64,000 bases of DNA. Source: Vicugna vicugna (lineage: Eukaryota). The stretch's first letter is position 1. Each line of letters opens with the position of its first letter. The stretch covers positions 133,241-197,240 of the forward strand of contig MU058045.1 in the NCBI GenBank assembly GCA_013265495.1, written 5' to 3'. The notes beneath the pieces are model-generated. The model made no database searches, was not told where the DNA came from, and worked only from the letters and a program-made list of their open reading frames with translations. The position numbers were made by a program, and so were the translations under genes. Positions 15,901-29,789 of the stretch are shown piece by piece.

Positions 15901-18900
15901 CGGCTCACCTGCAGAAGCATGTCCCCCGGCTCGATGCGACCATCGGCCGCCACAGCCCCACCCTTCATGATGGAGCCTATGTAGATGCCACCGTCTCCCC
16001 GCTCATTGCTTTGGCCCACGATGGAGATTCCCAGGAAGTTGTACTTCTCTGTGGAGGGAGGCCAGGTGACGAGGGGAGGCCCTGGCTGTGTGCCTCTCCT
16101 CTAGGAGCTCTGGAGACCAGGTCCTCCCAGCCCCCAGCCCTGGGCCCCTCCGTACCCATGTTCAGTGTGACCGTGATGATGTTGAGAGACATGGTGGAGT
16201 CAGTGACACTGCTGAAGGATGAAGTCTGTGGTGGGGAAAAGGGAAGGAGCTCGAGTGCCTTCAACAACACAGGATGAGCCCAGGGGTTCTCACTGCCTGG
16301 GCCTTGCACCCTTTAAACCACGGTCCAGGCCCCCAACATCCCCGAGGGCCAGCTGTCCCCATGAGAAGCCCCTCACCCTCTCCAGGCGGGGTGGCCGCTG
16401 TTTCCTCCGCCGCCGATGGCGCTTGAGGAGGCGGGAGGCGCTGCTCTGCTCCGTGGAGCTGCTGAACCTGTCAGGAGGTGGACAGGGGAGCACGCCAGGC
16501 GGGGGTAGTCATGGGGCCAAGGGAAAGGGTGGGAGGGCTGACTGGTGCCCCGGGGAGGCCTGGGGAGCCATACCTGCTCATGGTGTCGTCCTCGTCCGAG
16601 TCCCCCAGGCTGGTGCTCTCCAGCTCACTGGTCATGAGGGTGGAGGAGCTCTCGTACCCAGCCAGGTGGCGCTCCAGCCTCGAGGGGCCACTGGGCCGGT
16701 GGCCCCCGGCTGAGGAGGAACCAGTCTCAGGAGCCAGGCCTCCAGTGCCGGGCCCTCATCGATGCTTGGGTCTGAGCCAACCCCTCCCCAGCTCCCGGTC
16801 TCCCCAGCTTCCAGGCCAGCCCCCCTCACCGCCGTGCTCACTGCTGTCTCGCCTGCGAGGCCGCTCCCGCCTCAGAGACACTACTGACTCGGTTTCTGTC
16901 TCGGGCTCCAGATTCTCCCGGCTGCTGGATACATTAGGGCTAGACGGACAGAGAGGGTTTCCAACCCAAGTCAGAGGGACAGGGCTCCGCATCCTCGGCT
17001 TTCTCTCCCAAGGGGCTTGGATTCCTTCTCCCCTCACTCCCCTGGACTCAAGAATCCCAAGGACTCACTGGAAGGATGGCGGCCTGGAGTCCCCAATGCC
17101 ACTGGTCCTCTCCGGTGGCAAAGGGGGTAGCGGTGGGGGTGGAGGCGCCAGGTCTGTCCGAGGCTCATGGGCCGGGGGGGCCATCTCAGGCTGGGGGTTA
17201 TCTGATGACACTAGCTAGAAGAGTGCAAGTGATAAGAGAGACTCGGCTGGATGGGGAAATGAGGCACGTGAGGTAGGAGTGAGAGAAAGGACTAGAAAAG
17301 GGGACAGGACCTGAGAGAGTCAAAAGAAAAGCACAAAAAGGCAGCAGCATTAGGGGCTCCAGAAGGAGAAGGCTGAGGGGCTCCAGCTGGCCGGCTCTCC
17401 AAACAGGTAGGGCGGCAAAGAGCCAGAGCTTCCAGCAACTGAGTGGGGCAGGCGACAGCACAGGCCGAGGCTCAGAGGAGCCTGGCAATGCGGGAGGGAC
17501 TGGCCCTCAGAGCCAGGGCCCCTTACCCAGGACACCACCCTTCCGTTGAAGCAGGGAAGGCGGGCGTTGTCATCCGAGATTTCTTCCTTCACCACCCTGC
17601 CGAGAGGCAAGACACAGGTGAGGGAGACTGGACGGGCTTCCCCCATTCCCGCCCGCATTCAAAGTTTCTCCCAATCTTCATCCAGCTCACGGATGTTGAT
17701 TTCCTCCCACCCTGTCCAAGCCTTCTTCTCTTTCGTTGAAAAGCTTTGCTCTTACACCTAAGAAATCTCCAAACTCTACTCCTTTTCCTTATTTCTCCTT
17801 TGCTCCCCAGCTCATCCTTGGGGGCTCAGTGCTGCTCCGAAGATTTCCTAGAGTCTGATTCAAACCTCTCAGTTCAATTTCAAAGACCCACCCCTAAGTT
17901 GCCTCAGCTGGCCCAAAATATCTAACTTTAAGAGCCTTGCTGGCAGCCTCCACCCAACTTCTACCCTATTCCTCACACACCTTCCCCCAAAAAAGGCTCG
18001 GGTCCTCATCGAAGTCTCTACTGTTAGGCTTTCCTTGCTTTCCTTACTTTCCTAACACACTTCCAGAGAGATGTCCCAATGTGCTGTCTCCCCTTGAGGA
18101 AGAATACCCATGACCAACGAACGGTATTTTCTCACTAGCCTGAGAACTCCCAAGGAGAGGAAGAGCCCAGAGTCACACTGTCGTGTGCCTCAGCTGGCAC
18201 AAAACTCTGCGCTAAGCCATCTGCTCCTCCTGACAGACCACAAAGTCTAGCACCAGGGGGGTCATTTCTCCCATTGGTTCCCTCGATGTGCAGGACTTGC
18301 TCCTTCTCAATCATCACATGAAATCATTAATGCCTATTTTGTTCAACACCGTGTCCTGGCCACACTGCAAAGTACCAGATACTTCATAAGCATTAACAGA
18401 TATTTGCTGACTAAACGGATACACACATCAACTATGAGATACTGCCCTGAATAGACTCTCTCACCCCAAATGAGGACATCCTGTTTGATTAACCTTTTAA
18501 CCTAATATGATTCTAGGAGCCTGGATCTATGTCAATTTAGTCCCCTTTACCATCAACGTGACAAAATAGTCCAGTCACCACTGATCTTTCTTAGCACAAT
18601 GTAGTATTCTTCACATCATAACCCAGTTGCACCATAGTCCAGCCTGCCAAACGATTCTATCCTGTATGACCATAACCTAGTTTAAGAATTAGTCAGACTC
18701 AGTACTGATATTGACAGCGACCATTCACCAAGAATGTACTGTGTACCATGCACTTGCACTAGGCATTTTACTCTGGTTAACTCCATCTTACAGATGAAAT
18801 CGAGGCACAAAAGTTAAATAAACTGCACAAGATTACATTGCTACCAAACAGAAGAACCTTGATTTAAATCCAAGGTAACTCCCAAGACAGTACCACCTTC

Positions 18901-20014
18901 CCAACATCCAACAATCTTCCTAGGTAGAGCCCAGTCTGTTCAGCTTTCCTGGAATCCAGGCTATCCCAGCCTAATCCCACCTTCACTCAAGAGCTTAGAT
19001 TGAGGACAGAGAGAGCATAGTCCCAAAGGCTCTAAACACAAATGGACTTACACATTATTTAAAGTTCCACTCTAGCCCAGAATGTCCCAAATTCCCCCCA
19101 GGATAGCCCAGTCTATTCTAGCACAGCCTAGAACGCCCCCCTCCCCCCATCCCAAGCAGCTGTCTGTACCAATACAGACTAGAATATCCCAATACAGCTG
19201 TCTGCACTAACATAGACCCCCAACAGCCCTGTCTGCCCATGTATTGAGTGTTCCAATAAAAACCAAGCCCCCAAATAAACTAAGATCAATTGATAGAACC
19301 TAGCAAAAGACAGAATGGCATCCCAATACAGCACTTGGCATGACTACAGATTAGACTGTCCTAAAGCAATCCCGTGTGTCTTAGTACAGGACGGAACATC
19401 CCAAATTGCCCTGTATAGCCCAATCTATATCAGCAAATTCCACACTATCTCTGCATAACCCGTGTAATACAGGACCGCTCACAATGTACTAAACTACCAG
19501 AAGATAGATCAGTCTGCCTCAGCACAGTCCAGAATATCCGAAAATAAACAAGTGTGCCCCACTCCATTCCAGTAGAGCCTAATCTTACCTAATCTGGTTT
19601 AGTATAGCCTAGACTGTCCTCCTTCAGTACAGCGCGCCTCAATCTGTCCAAGCATAACCTTGCCCGTCCTGGGATATCCAATCTACCCCAGTATAGTAAA
19701 ATCTGCTCCACTGTAGCCCAGAAAATCCCAGTAAGTCCCAGAGTAGACCGGTACCCCTCAATATTGCCCAATTCACAACAGCACGGCCCCCATCGTTCCT
19801 AATCTAGGCCTCGCGCTCACCCGAAATCCTGATCCATAGACTTGAAAAAGTACTTAGCGCCCGCGGGCCGCTGCAAGACGCTCTTGAAATCGCCGAGGGT
19901 GATGCGCTCAGCGGGGACCGGGATCTTCACCAGGTAGGGAGTCTCTTCTTCATCCAGGTGGTAAATCACCTTCGTCTCCCCGACACCACCGCCCCCCGCG
20001 CCGCTGCCCGCCAT
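12926..20014 (-). CDS. DVL2: Dishevelled-2 (736 aa; DIX, PDZ, DEP; 15 exons)
   Basis: Exons 19821-20014, 17527-17596, 17069-17214, 16830-16939, 16574-16709, 16377-16467, 16156-16225, 15909-16048, 15747-15823, 15069-15136, 14755-14883, 14509-14640, 14194-14373, 13523-13741, 12926-13374 sum to 2211 nt; begins [19 protein letters not shown] and ends PSEFFVDVM. Confidence 0.98.
15310..15500 (+). mobile_element. Old L1 (L1M-type) 3' region remnant in DVL2 intron 9
   Basis: Minus-strand text (ggtcactgctatcc...tttggactttgtgtga...actcagcagtgtgtgtttgag) resembles an antisense ancient L1 3'UTR; recognised by eye only. Confidence 0.4.
18700..18890 (-). mobile_element. MIR SINE remnant
   Basis: Core ccatcttacagatgaaatcgaggcacaaaagttaaataaactgcacaagattaca. 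Confidence 0.65.
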
Positions 20015-20269
20015 GGTCTCGCCCGCGCGCTCCCGGGCTCCGCCGCCCACCCACCGGGGCTGATCGCCCCCGCCGCGCCTGCGCACACCCGCTAACCGAC
20101 GCGCAAGCCAGGACAGGACCGACCCAGCGCAAGAGAGGTGCAAAGGGAAGGCGGGGGTCAGCAGGGTGGCGGCGGTGAGGGGCGGGTCGTGGGGCGCGAC
20201 CCAAAGCAGCGGACTCGGCTGCCGCCGCCGCCGTCGTCGCGAGTGCCCTCCAGCGCCCCTCCCACCTCT

Positions 20270-20520
20270 CCTCGCGCCACGTGACCCGAACTGGCCCACC
20301 TCGCTTTCCTCGTAACGCCCCCGCCACGTGACCTCATCGGATCACGTGACTTCTCGGCTCCGCCCAGCGCCGCCACCACATGATCGCTGCTTTCTGCAAC
20401 GGTCTCCCAACCTTCCACGGTCCCGCCCCCCAACTGAGTCCCCACCCGCGTCCCCCCCCACTACCCTGGCTCGGCTGGCCTCTGCCCTCCCCACCTCGCT
20501 TCACCCCATTGGGGCGGAGA
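20270..20520 (-). promoter_or_regulatory. DVL2 promoter with clustered GTCACGTG E-boxes
   Basis: CACGTGAC at 20278, 20325 and 20343, CACATGA near 20377; CCAAT (ATTGG) and GC box near 20510; CpG island. Confidence 0.7.
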
Positions 20521-20773
20521 GCTCCAAGCCATCTCTGATCCACTGGAGCATGCATGTGGGAGGTGAAGTGGGGATTGTGGGGGATCCTAGACGGGATGAG
20601 ATGGGAAAAAGCCAACTGAGTCCATAAGGTTGATGGGAAAGGAGCAGTGCAACATTCTTGGCTTGGACTTTAGAAGAGTGGGTTTCAGCTCCACCTCCAG
20701 CCAGCTTTTCCAAAGCCTCCCTCCCAAGCAGGACAGTCAGTGAGGGCTATAAACACAAAAGAGCCCACTCTGC

Positions 20774-20779
20774 TTTATT
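20774..20779 (-). terminator. PHF23 polyadenylation signal AATAAA
   Basis: TTTATT about 560 nt past the PHF23 stop, with a TGTA element upstream on the transcript. Confidence 0.8.
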
Positions 20780-21339
20780 TACAACACGCAGGCTGTCTGT
20801 ACAAACAGCTGGCCAATATTATTAAAAACAAAAGAGGTGAGTGAGGGAATCGTCACCTGTTTTCCTTCCTCCCTCGGCCAAGCTCTAGTTGGTACTCCAC
20901 CTCTGAGCTGCCATGCTCAAAAGGGGAAGTCCAAAATTAAAAATACAACCGGTGAGAATAAATGGGGAGTGAGATAAAAGAAAAGATGAGGGAGGGGAGT
21001 GCTATATTTACACTAGAGTTTTATAGACAACTGTCCCATTCCATCCCAATTCCAACCCTGGCCCATAAACTGAGTGGTGGCAGGTCCAAGGGACAGAGCT
21101 TAAGTGTCTATGGACCCAGGCAGCTCCCCACCCTCAACTGCAATGGGTCCTAGTTCAAGTCCACAAGGTGGGAAGGAGGGGTAGGGTAGGAACATCACTC
21201 ATTTCCAAACCAGTCTCCCTTGGGAATTTCTGCCTTGAAGTGGGACAATATCCAAGCTCCAGGGAATAGACCGAGGACCCTGAGGCTCAGTTCCCAAGTC
21301 ATGTTGCCATTTGAAGTTCCAGCCTAGACATGGCATATG

Positions 21340-24300
21340 TCAGGGCTCTCCAGATTTCGGAGGCCCACCTAACCGCCGGGCCTCTGGCCGCAGTTCCTTG
21401 CATTTCTGGCAGTAAAAGAAATCAGGGACATTGGTCTTCTTAATCTTAGCACAGGAGAGGTGGATCCACGTCCCACACAGGCTGCACTCAATCATGGGCC
21501 GGCCTGCAAAGGGCTTTCGGCAGTAACACGTGATCAGATCCCATGAGTCATCACCTGGGGAAAAGAAGATTTGTTTGGTGTTCTGCCTAAGCTCTTGGAT
21601 CCACAACACCCCCAAACCTATCAACCCAGCTGCCCCTGGGCGGGCCCAAATTTCTCACCTGATTCTACCATGATGTCCTCATCCATGACCCGCATCTCGC
21701 CTTCACTGGAGCTGGCATCTCCATCTTGGCTTGTTTCAGTGCTGCCCACCTCTTTGCTTTCACTGTCAGTGGGAGGGGCTCCTTCGGGGTGCACTGTGGC
21801 AGGGGGCCTAGGAGCCTCAGGAGGTGCTAGCAGCACAGGGGCTGGGGCTTCCCCCCCTACTACTGCTGCCATCTCTTCCTCCTCCTCCTCTTCCTCTTCT
21901 TCCTCCTCCTCTTCAGAGTCTGTATCACTGGGGGGTGCCCTGGGAGGCCCAGGAGGTGGGAGTCTATCCCCTCGCTCTGCCTTTTTCAACTTCCGCTTCT
22001 TGCTCTTCTTGATTCGAGACCTCTTTTCCCCATCCCCAGGGGTTGGCCGAGGCCTCCGAAGCACCCCAAAGCCTGTCCCCCCTCCTGGCCCCAACTTTCG
22101 GTTCTTTCGGTCCTTCTTTCGAGGAGGCTGGGAGAGGTCCCCCTGGGAAAGGGGCACTGGGGTGAGAGCAGCAGGGGGCCGGGAGGCGTGTGTCAGGGAT
22201 GTGGGGGACAGTGGAGATGCCATTTTGGGCCCATCTAAATCAAAGAGAGAGTCCTTGAGCTTCATCTTCTCAAGTAGGGTGGCACTGTCAGGGGCCTGTA
22301 GACGAGGGAAAGTGGACCTTGGGGGTCCTGGCTGGGTGGGACCTGCTTGAGCCGCCCTCCTCTTGGATGACTTTGCTTTCTTAACAAAGGTCTGGATGGT
22401 TCTGAGATCTGAGGGAGCCGAGTCCCAGCCATCGCTGTCTGCCGCACTCTCACCTCGCAGTGGAGAGCTGGAGCCAGAGGCTGGCCAATCACTTTCCTTA
22501 AAGGGGGGAAGAGACCGAGGTTAGCAGGGGGCTCAGTGTCATCTCAGCCCCTCTACAAACCAAGCTTAAAAACCAAAATATTCTACAAAAACCACCAACT
22601 CTCACTGTACTCAGAAAACTCATCCCCACCTCAGTTCCCATCAGTATCTCCTCTTGAGCATTTCCCACAGTACCTCTGCCCTCAAATTCTAGTCATCTCC
22701 CCAATGCCTACTGCCTTCGCAACACTGTATCCTCCAGACCAGAGCCTTATTTCTTTAGCTGCTTCTGTGCAGCCTCATGTTACCATTTTCAGCTTCCTAA
22801 AATTTATCCAAAAGCACCTTCCCTTAAGGGCACCCCAAGACCATTCACTGCTGCTCAAGACACCTGTCTCCACTCCAGATGCTAGTTTTTTCACCAAAAT
22901 TTCCATTTCCCTAGACTTACATATAATTTCTAGGCTTCGTCTATAAGGTAATACACTCTCACATGCTCAACAGCCCCTCTACAGCCCTAGGATACCCCCC
23001 TCAAGCCAGCTGTCCTCCTGTCCCTACCTCTTTGCTAGGGGGGATGTAACCGGCATAGGCCAAGACAAAACTGCAGAATTTGTTGAAATCCTCAATTGTT
23101 CTCCGACGTTTCTCCGGTGGCTAAAAGGAAGGAAATATGTATCACACGGAGTTTAAGAGGGGCCATTCTCAAAGGCACAGTCCCTGTAATGAGGAATCTG
23201 GAAAAGGTAGGATAGAGAGGAGGAGAGGGAAAGGGGGTTGCAAAGGAATGGGAAACCTCACCTGAGTCTCTGGCTTAAGAGTCGGAGGTGGATCTGTGAA
23301 AGCAATAAAAGCTGAGTCAAGGCACTAGGCAAGAGTCGGTGTGAAACCCCACCTCTCAACCTTCGAGGTCTCAAGTGAACCCCCCTCCTCTCCCAGGCCA
23401 GCAGGCCCCCAGCTGGGCTGGACCCGCCCCTGCTCCCCCTTCCGCCCCGCGAGGGGCGGAGCCTGGGCGCGGCGCCCTCTCAGGCCTCACTATAGCGCTC
23501 CCCTTCCCCCTACCGGAGGCCTGGCGCCCCGCCCCCCCAACTCACGGTTTCTCTAGACTCCCGGCTCCTCGGCTCTCTCAGCGCCCCACCCCGCCATACC
23601 GCTCCCCGGACCTAGCCCGGGCTGCCGCCTGCCCCTGTCCTTCACACGCGCCCGGCGCCCAGAGTTCCCACCCCGCCGCGCTCCACCGCCCCGGGCCCTT
23701 CGCGACCGCACACGCCGCCCGTCGGCCCCCAGGGTCCAGGATGACCACGCCGAACCACTCCCCGCCCTCCGGCCCCTTCTACTCGAGCACGAGGCCCGGC
23801 GCGCCCCTCACCCCCACCTAAACACACACAGGCTCACACGTCCAACGCCACTTCGCGGCCGGGACGGACCAGAGAGCTCTAACCCGGACGCGGCCCCACC
23901 TGCCCCCCCATACCAAGCTCCCCACAATTTCGCCGTCCCTCCGCCCCCATCCGGGGCTTTGGCCCCTCCCCGTCTCGAGCGCCTCGGGCTCCTCGCCGGG
24001 CCCCCGGGCCCAGGTCCGAGCTCCCTCCGGCCGCCGCCCCCCCCCGCCCCCGGACTCACCACCAAGTCACTAGGTTACGAACCCCTCAACTCTAGGTCCC
24101 CACGAGCTCCCTCCGGCCGCCGCCCCCCCCCGCCCCCGGACTCACCACCAAGTCACTAGGTTACGAACCCCTAAACTCTAGGTCCCCACAACTAGCTACT
24201 CTCTCCCTCCACAGCAATCCCCGCTGTGGCCGCCGCTGCCCCCTCACCCTCCGCAACTCCCTGGCTCTAACCCTCGCCGATCAACCCCCACCCCGCCGCG

Positions 24301-24977
24301 CAACTCGCCGGTCTTAAACCCCCACCCCGCCCCACCGCCCCCAAAACTACCCAGCTCTCCTCGCCTCACGGCTCCCTCTCCCCACAACTACCCTCTGGTA
24401 CTGGTTCCTCTACCGTAGACAATACCCAGACCCCCCTCTTCGCCCCACAACTATCTGCTCACCCCTCCAACAATCACCAGGCTATCTCCGGCGGCAACTA
24501 CCGGGAGCTCCGGCACCACCGCCACAAACTCCCCCACCTCGGCGAACTACCGGGCTCCTCACTCAATCCTCTTCTACATCCTCCCTCCTAAACAACTCTC
24601 CGGCCCCCAGATTTCCCCAATCTCCCAGCTCTAGGGCCCCAACCTGCCGAAGGCCCTTTCGGCCCCTAACCCCCGAAGCTCTGGGTTTCCAGCTCCCACT
24701 CCCCACCCCATCCCCCCCTCCACACAAACACACAGCATCTGATCGCCCACTACCCCCAACCCAGTCTCCCACTCCTCTTTCTCCAAGATCCCTCAACTCG
24801 TCGCTCCCCAACCTCCAGGGGCAGGCCCCCGACCCCCTCCCCGCGCTCCCCCGCTGGGCTTCGGGGCTCGACCTCCAAGTTTGCCAATAGATTCCTCGCC
24901 CGCCCCACGCCGGCTCAGCGCCCTGTGCCGGTCGAGAGCTCACCTTCGGGACTGGGCTCCGCCATAGCTTCCAGCAT
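21340..24977 (-). CDS. PHF23: PHD finger protein 23 (403 aa, 5 exons)
   Basis: Exons 24944-24977, 23262-23293, 23028-23120, 21659-22496, 21340-21554 sum to 1212 nt; [11 protein letters not shown]..., poly-Glu tract, [31 protein letters not shown]...YCQKC. Confidence 0.97.
24017..24188. repeat. 86-bp tandem duplication (2 copies, 1 mismatch) in PHF23 intron 1
   Basis: Copies 24017-24102 and 24103-24188 differ only at cccctCaactc versus cccctAaactc. Confidence 0.93.
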
Positions 24978-25269
24978 CGCCCCCTCCCCTCCTCCCGGTC
25001 CGGCGCCCCCCTTCCCTGAGCCGGGAATCCCGGTGCCGCCTCCGGTTCTCGGTGCTCCTACTGCCTCGCTCCACAGAGGTATCTGTCTCGGCCTGGTTGT
25101 GACTCGAGTCCGCTAGCCGCTGCCGCCACCTCCCTCAACCACAGCCTCCCGCACTCCCGGACCGGGCCCCCTCCCCCCGCGCCGCCGGCCGCCTGCTCCC
25201 TCCTCCTCCTCCTCCTCTCACTCCCTCCCTCCTCCTCTTCTCTCCCCCTCCCTTCGCTGGTGCCGACGC

Positions 25270-25480
25270 GCAATGCATCAAGGGGGTTGTAGTCCGCACA
25301 GGGACAGCAGAAAGGGGACTGTATACGCCTCTGGAACTTCAGTTCCCAGCAGGCCATGGGTTGGCGCAGGCGCACTAACCCGCTCTCCCCCTGGGAGTGG
25401 GGGGGAGATTGGGAGCAGTGAAAAGGGAGAACGGAAGAGTGCGCGCAGGCTCCTGGGAAATGTAGGCTGGGCGGGGCTAA
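25270..25480. promoter_or_regulatory. PHF23 promoter with multiple ZNF143/SBS-like motifs
   Basis: GGGGGTTGTAGT near 25282, AACTTCAGTTCCCAGCAGGCC near 25335, CTGGGAAATGTAGG near 25453; GC box. Confidence 0.55.
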
Positions 25481-26098
25481 GGAAGAAGGGGAATAAGGAA
25501 TTAGAACTCTCGGCCACCATACTGCCTCATTCTGCGGCTTCTTTCTACCCCCACCCCGGGGTACCGCCCCACTTCCGGCCAGACGGAGAAGTGGCTGCTG
25601 GGGGATGAAGTCCTGTTAGTGATAATGTCTCCCTCTTCCCAGGCTTCTCCCTCCCTTGGATTCCACTCTGCTGGATCCTCCACACTGGCACAAAGTCTGG
25701 CCAAGCGACATGTATCTGAGGACAGAGTCCTTTTACCAGCTCCCATGCACGAAAATCTCTTCCTTAATCCGAAAGGTTATGACAAACTTGGATAGGATGT
25801 GTTCATATACAGCAGGTACTTTTAAACTTTCTCCACAGGAACCCACGGTAAAAAAACTTTTTTAACTTCAGGAGCGAATCAATACATACGTATATAACTG
25901 AACTTCCATGAAACGATACTCAGAGTAGTCCATCCAACACAGCAAAAGCACACTTTTTATGCACAAGCCCAACATAAACAGGATAAGCCAAAATATCTAT
26001 CCCCCCAACCTCCTCTTTCCCCACCACTGACGACTAGAGAACAAGAGGGGGATGGGAGCAACACAAAGTGAAATCCAGTTCAGCTTGGTGGTTTCCTC

Positions 26099-26104
26099 TT
26101 TATT
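26099..26104 (-). terminator. GABARAP polyadenylation signal AATAAA
   Basis: TTTATT about 410 nt past the stop. Confidence 0.8.
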
Positions 26105-26513
26105 GATGTGCCTCCTACCTTCCCCCCACAATTTCAGTCCCTTCCACCTACCCCCAAAAAAGAGGGCAGTGAAAAGAAGGGATTGTTGGGGTTCTGACCC
26201 CTTGGGCAGTTAGAAAGGGAACAGAAACCAAAACAATTACTGGATGTGACAGAGATTGACAATCTTGAAGTCTAAAGCAGAGCGGGAAAGGTGGTAAAGA
26301 AAAGGGAAGAAAGGAGAAAGGAGAGGTACTGGAGGCCATCTCCCCAATTAACCCTAGTGTTTAGAGGGTCTGGAGGAGGGTCTCAAATATTAGGAAGTGC
26401 AGGTCCTGAAGAAAGGAGGTGGTGTTTGAGCCTCAAGGAGGAGTAGGTCAAGGTAGGGGGGGGCCACCTCTCTCTTTGTAGAATGAGACCCCCCCTCGTC
26501 AGGGGCAGCAGCT

Positions 26514-28125
<1,612 letters not shown>

Positions 28126-28747
28126 TCAGCGGAGCGATCCCGGACTTGCGCCACTTCCCTATTCACCAACCCCGCCCCCGACCATCAAGGGCGGACCCGC
28201 CTGTTACGTTACGCCACTGGCGCAGGGGCCCTAACGCTATTAGCGCAGCACCGCCTACTGACCGCCCCCACCTCACGCTGTTAGCGTAATCGCTTTGGAA
28301 TCAACTTATAAGCTACGCAAGTGTCGTAGGAAAGGTGGTTGACCTCTATTCTCCACGAAAGTAACTGAAAACCCATTCCTCGACCTTCCTCTTAAGAAGC
28401 TAAAGATGAAAAAGGCTAGGAGATGGTAATCATAATTTGAGACTTGGTTCTCCAAAACTTCTTTTCTAAAGTAACACAGAGGAAAAAGCAGATAATTACA
28501 AGGATAGCTATTCACGAAACATGTTGGTACGCTGAAGGCGGCGGCTGACACCAAAACAAAGTAGTACCCAAAGAGGTAGAAGTGGTCTCCGGAAATAGGG
28601 GAGGGCAGAAACTAAGACTATGTTTGGAGAGCCGCACAGAAACGCTTAGGTTCCAAGGAGAGGACCAATAGGGACTGAAGAGGAGGTCCGAAAGGTAGGG
28701 ACTACGTCAGCGCGGAAGAACACTGCCAGCGTGTGTGTGGTAAAAAA

Positions 28748-28783
28748 TCATGTGATCTCAGAGAAGGGCGGAGCGTCACGTGG
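28748..28783. promoter_or_regulatory. Paired CLEAR/M-box-like E-boxes upstream of GABARAP
   Basis: TCATGTGA 28748-28755 and GTCACGTGG 28775-28783. Confidence 0.55.
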
Positions 28784-29789
28784 CGGGTGCGAGGAAGTAG
28801 TGCCGGCTCTGGAGAGGAGGGCGTTGGGGAGGTGGGGCCGCCAGGCCGGGAGGACCTGGGGCGTCTGCTGCGTGGGGGCAGTGCCTGCTCAGCTCAGTCC
28901 CCCAGGCAAAGCCTGGCTTTTCCCGCGTCCAGGTTTCTCCTCTTTTCATACTTCTCTGTCCTGCTGTTCTGAAGCTCAGGTCCCCTCCAGACACACAGCT
29001 GTCCTTTCACTCCCCGCCAGGGCACCCATCCTGTCACTGACACCCTTCCCGCCGAGGAAAGCCAACACCACCTTTGCCCCTACCCCTCGGGTCCACAGCA
29101 GCCTCTTTCTCCTCTGCCTAGGGGAAGGGTGGGTGTGAACAAAGACCCCTCCCTTCATTTCCCAGAACCCCAGAGAAGGACCTAGGGCAGCTTTGATTTC
29201 AAAGTTATAATGCATGGTTTAAAAGAGAAGAAAGAAAAAAAAAGAGAGAGAGAGAAAGCTAGTTACAGGTCTGAGGGAATCTAGAAAGAAGGGGAAATAG
29301 AGGGGAAAATAAGGGAGGGGACATGTTTGGGGAAAATCCAGTGGCCCAAAATCCCAGTTTCCCACCCACAGCCCAGCCCTTGGAGTGAAGAATTAGATCC
29401 GTTTTGTACAAGAGTTTTTAAAAAATCAGATCACAACAAAGCTGGCTTGGCTTCTCTTTGAGCCTCCCGGATTACCGAATGTCTCTCTCTCACTCTGGCC
29501 AGTCCTGTCTCTCCAACAGACACTGTTTCGGCTCTCCTAGGCCTCGGCTTATGTCCCAGTCTGGGGTTTCCAGGGAGTGCGAACACGAAGTTAGAGTGAG
29601 GCTGCTTCAGAATGTGGCCCATGTGTCCATTCAGACTCCAAAGGGAGTCCAGGGCTCCCAGGGCAGAGGGGTGGGAAGGGCAGACCCTGCCCAGGCAGTC
29701 CTCACGGTTGGACAGGGCATCAGACGGCATCCTGAGGGCTCACCCTCCCTTTCCCCCCCACCCCAACTCAGGTGGAGGGGGAGCAGCTG

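Noticed and set aside
16478..17218. 246-aa + strand ORF
   Set aside because: Antisense to GC-rich DVL2 exons 3-5; no recognisable domain.
20015..20299. In-frame open stretch upstream of the DVL2 ATG
   Set aside because: No upstream AUG; stop-free runs are expected in CpG islands, and the known N-terminus starts at 20014.
21571..22350. 259-aa + strand ORF with poly-Ser
   Set aside because: Antisense shadow of PHF23 exon 4 (poly-Glu codons read backwards); no independent evidence.
18900..24188. Possible CRISPR-like or prokaryotic repeat system
   Set aside because: No identical repeats with unique spacers and no cas genes; the window is intron-containing mammalian DNA.
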